Source of the DNA: Trichormus sp. ATA11-4-KO1
GTDB taxonomy: Bacteria; Cyanobacteriota; Cyanobacteriia; Cyanobacteriales; Nostocaceae
Length of the DNA: 64,000 nt
Reading direction: 5' to 3'
Assembly: GCA_019358915.1 (NCBI GenBank)
Contig: JAHHIM010000005.1
Coordinates: forward strand, 112,111-176,110
Part shown: piece after piece, positions 62,633 through 64,000 of the stretch
How positions within the stretch are numbered: the stretch's first letter is position 1
How the letters are laid out: every line of letters starts with the position of its first letter
Translations under genes and position numbers: made by a program
The notes under the pieces: generated by a model
What the model saw: only the letters and a program-made list of their open reading frames with translations
What the model was told of the DNA's origin: nothing
Database searches by the model: none

Positions 62633-63739
62633 TCAGGAAATAAACCCTGTCTCTTTAAGCAGCAGCCCTAGTTCTGCGTGACGAAGTTTCGTGTCTTTCT
62701 TGTTATTTTCCCACATCTGAGAAAAGAAGTCTTGCATTAGCGCAATGATGCTGCGGTATTTGACGATACTTGCAACATAGAACTCATCTAACTTTATATC
62801 CCCGTCAGCGTGTATCTGCTCGATGTTGTCGAGTAATATAGACCCCAATTCATAGAGTTTGAAGCCTTCTTTTATACCATATTTTTCCCTTATCCTGTGT
62901 TTATTGTTCTCCGAACATAAATCATAGGGCGAGCGAATCAGGTGTCCAATATTTCGCAGGATTTCTCCGTAGTCATAAAATGTGTTCTGCTCAAAGAAAG
63001 ACTTTTCATGTGCAGTCAACATGAAACTTTTGTCAAGTATCAAACCAAAATCGGTCAAATATGTCTGCTCGCCGTCAGTAAGGACATTACGAAAATGTGC
63101 GTCGAAGTGGATGATTCCCTTCGTCCTCAAAAAGTCAATCGTCGTGCGTAAGTCATCTAGGGGTTGCTGAAGTTTGTTGGGGTTTTCTTGCAGCCATTTT
63201 TCCAGAACATGCGGTATGTACTCTAGAAACAGAACCAACTCATAATTAGCGATCGCTCTATCTAACACATACTTCCCGGCGTTCTCACTATTGCCCCAGT
63301 ATTCCACATAACCTTTTATACTCGACCTATCCACATCCGCACGCCGTCCGTTCCAGGAAATAATCCGATAATGGTACATCAGTGGAAAGGTAGCGATCGC
63401 CCCTGCCAATACCCAGTTTGTCGTCTTGATATAAGTCACAAGTTCGCGGAACACCCCAAAACCAGTAGAACCGAAGCCGTAATTACAGTAAGTCGGCAGA
63501 GCATAGAGGTTTCTGGTGGAGAACTGGTTGTCAAATTCGATGTTCGTAACTGGAACACGTTTCACAAAGACCTTGGATTCCCCAAGAACGATAGTGTGAT
63601 TTTGTCCCCAACCTGTGCTAGATTTATTCGACTCACTATTAACAAATAGAAAACGCAATTGTGCATTATCTAACTGAGCGATTTGTGAACTAAGTTTGAA
63701 GTATTTCTTCCTTCTAAGTTCTATATGGTTCTTATCCAT
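62633..63739 (-). CDS. atypical protein-kinase-like protein
   Basis: VFVKR, RE, LEYIP, IHFDAHFRN, TDFG. Confidence 0.75.
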   Translation of the reverse strand: MDKNHIELRRKKYFKLSSQIAQLDNAQLRFLFVNSESNKSSTGWGQNHTIVLGESKVFVKRVPVTNIEFDNQFSTRNLYALPTYCNYGFGSTGFGVFRELVTYIKTTNWVLAGAIATFPLMYHYRIISWNGRRADVDRSSIKGYVEYWGNSENAGKYVLDRAIANYELVLFLEYIPHVLEKWLQENPNKLQQPLDDLRTTIDFLRTKGIIHFDAHFRNVLTDGEQTYLTDFGLILDKSFMLTAHEKSFFEQNTFYDYGEILRNIGHLIRSPYDLCSENNKHRIREKYGIKEGFKLYELGSILLDNIEQIHADGDIKLDEFYVASIVKYRSIIALMQDFFSQMWENNKKDTKLRHAELGLLLKETGFIS

Positions 63740-63875
63740 TTCCCCCCGTCTAGGCACAGCGTGAAAAAATTTATTCTATATTTCATTGATTTGTAAGTAT
63801 TATTTTTTGTTTTTCCCTTACATCCTTACATCCAAAAAACATTCATATTGAGAGTTTGCACTTTTCTTAGTGCTT

Positions 63876-64000
63876 AGGACTTACGCATTGACAAAGTGGC
63901 AAAAGAGTGGATTGATAAAAAGTATCATCCAATGAATAGGTATCGGACAATCAGAAAAATCAGCAAACCGTCCACAGCACAATGCAATCTGGAACATTAC
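63876..64000. mobile_element. left end of a MITE/IS-like element (partial)
   Basis: Begins AGGACTTACGCA, as at 10278. Confidence 0.4.

Noticed and set aside
63740..63760. CTAGACGG before the kinase as a cassette boundary
   Set aside because: Lacks GTT, and no attC was seen at the gene's 3' end

Overview
Chromosomal segment of a filamentous, Nostocales-like cyanobacterium (about 40% GC by eye, abundant HIP1 octamers GCGATCGC, heptamer tandem repeats and MITE-like elements). It holds a full nitrate-assimilation cluster (nirA-nrtABCD-nrtP-narB on the minus strand, with NtcA/NtcB promoter motifs, divergent Rieske gene and nirB, and downstream PsiE-like gene and narM). A ~6.3 kb island between two diverged copies of the narB 3' end carries a decayed integron (5'-truncated IntI, one intact attC, one half attC, cassette remnants, toxin-antitoxin genes) and a GC-rich MarR-NmrA-QueG/SCP2 unit. 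A hicBA pair is flanked the same way by a duplicated nirB 3' end. Further right are tRNA-Val(GAC), a group II intron relic, ycf34, a CC-adding-type nucleotidyltransferase, der, a PEP-CTERM gene, glpK/groEL/IS1634 pseudogenes and two-component genes. The best candidate for an undescribed system is a co-oriented cluster of an accessory gene, a P-type ATPase and a MetK paralogue that keeps the ATP/metal residues but has replaced the methionine-binding residues. All calls are from motif recognition by eye; no searches were run.
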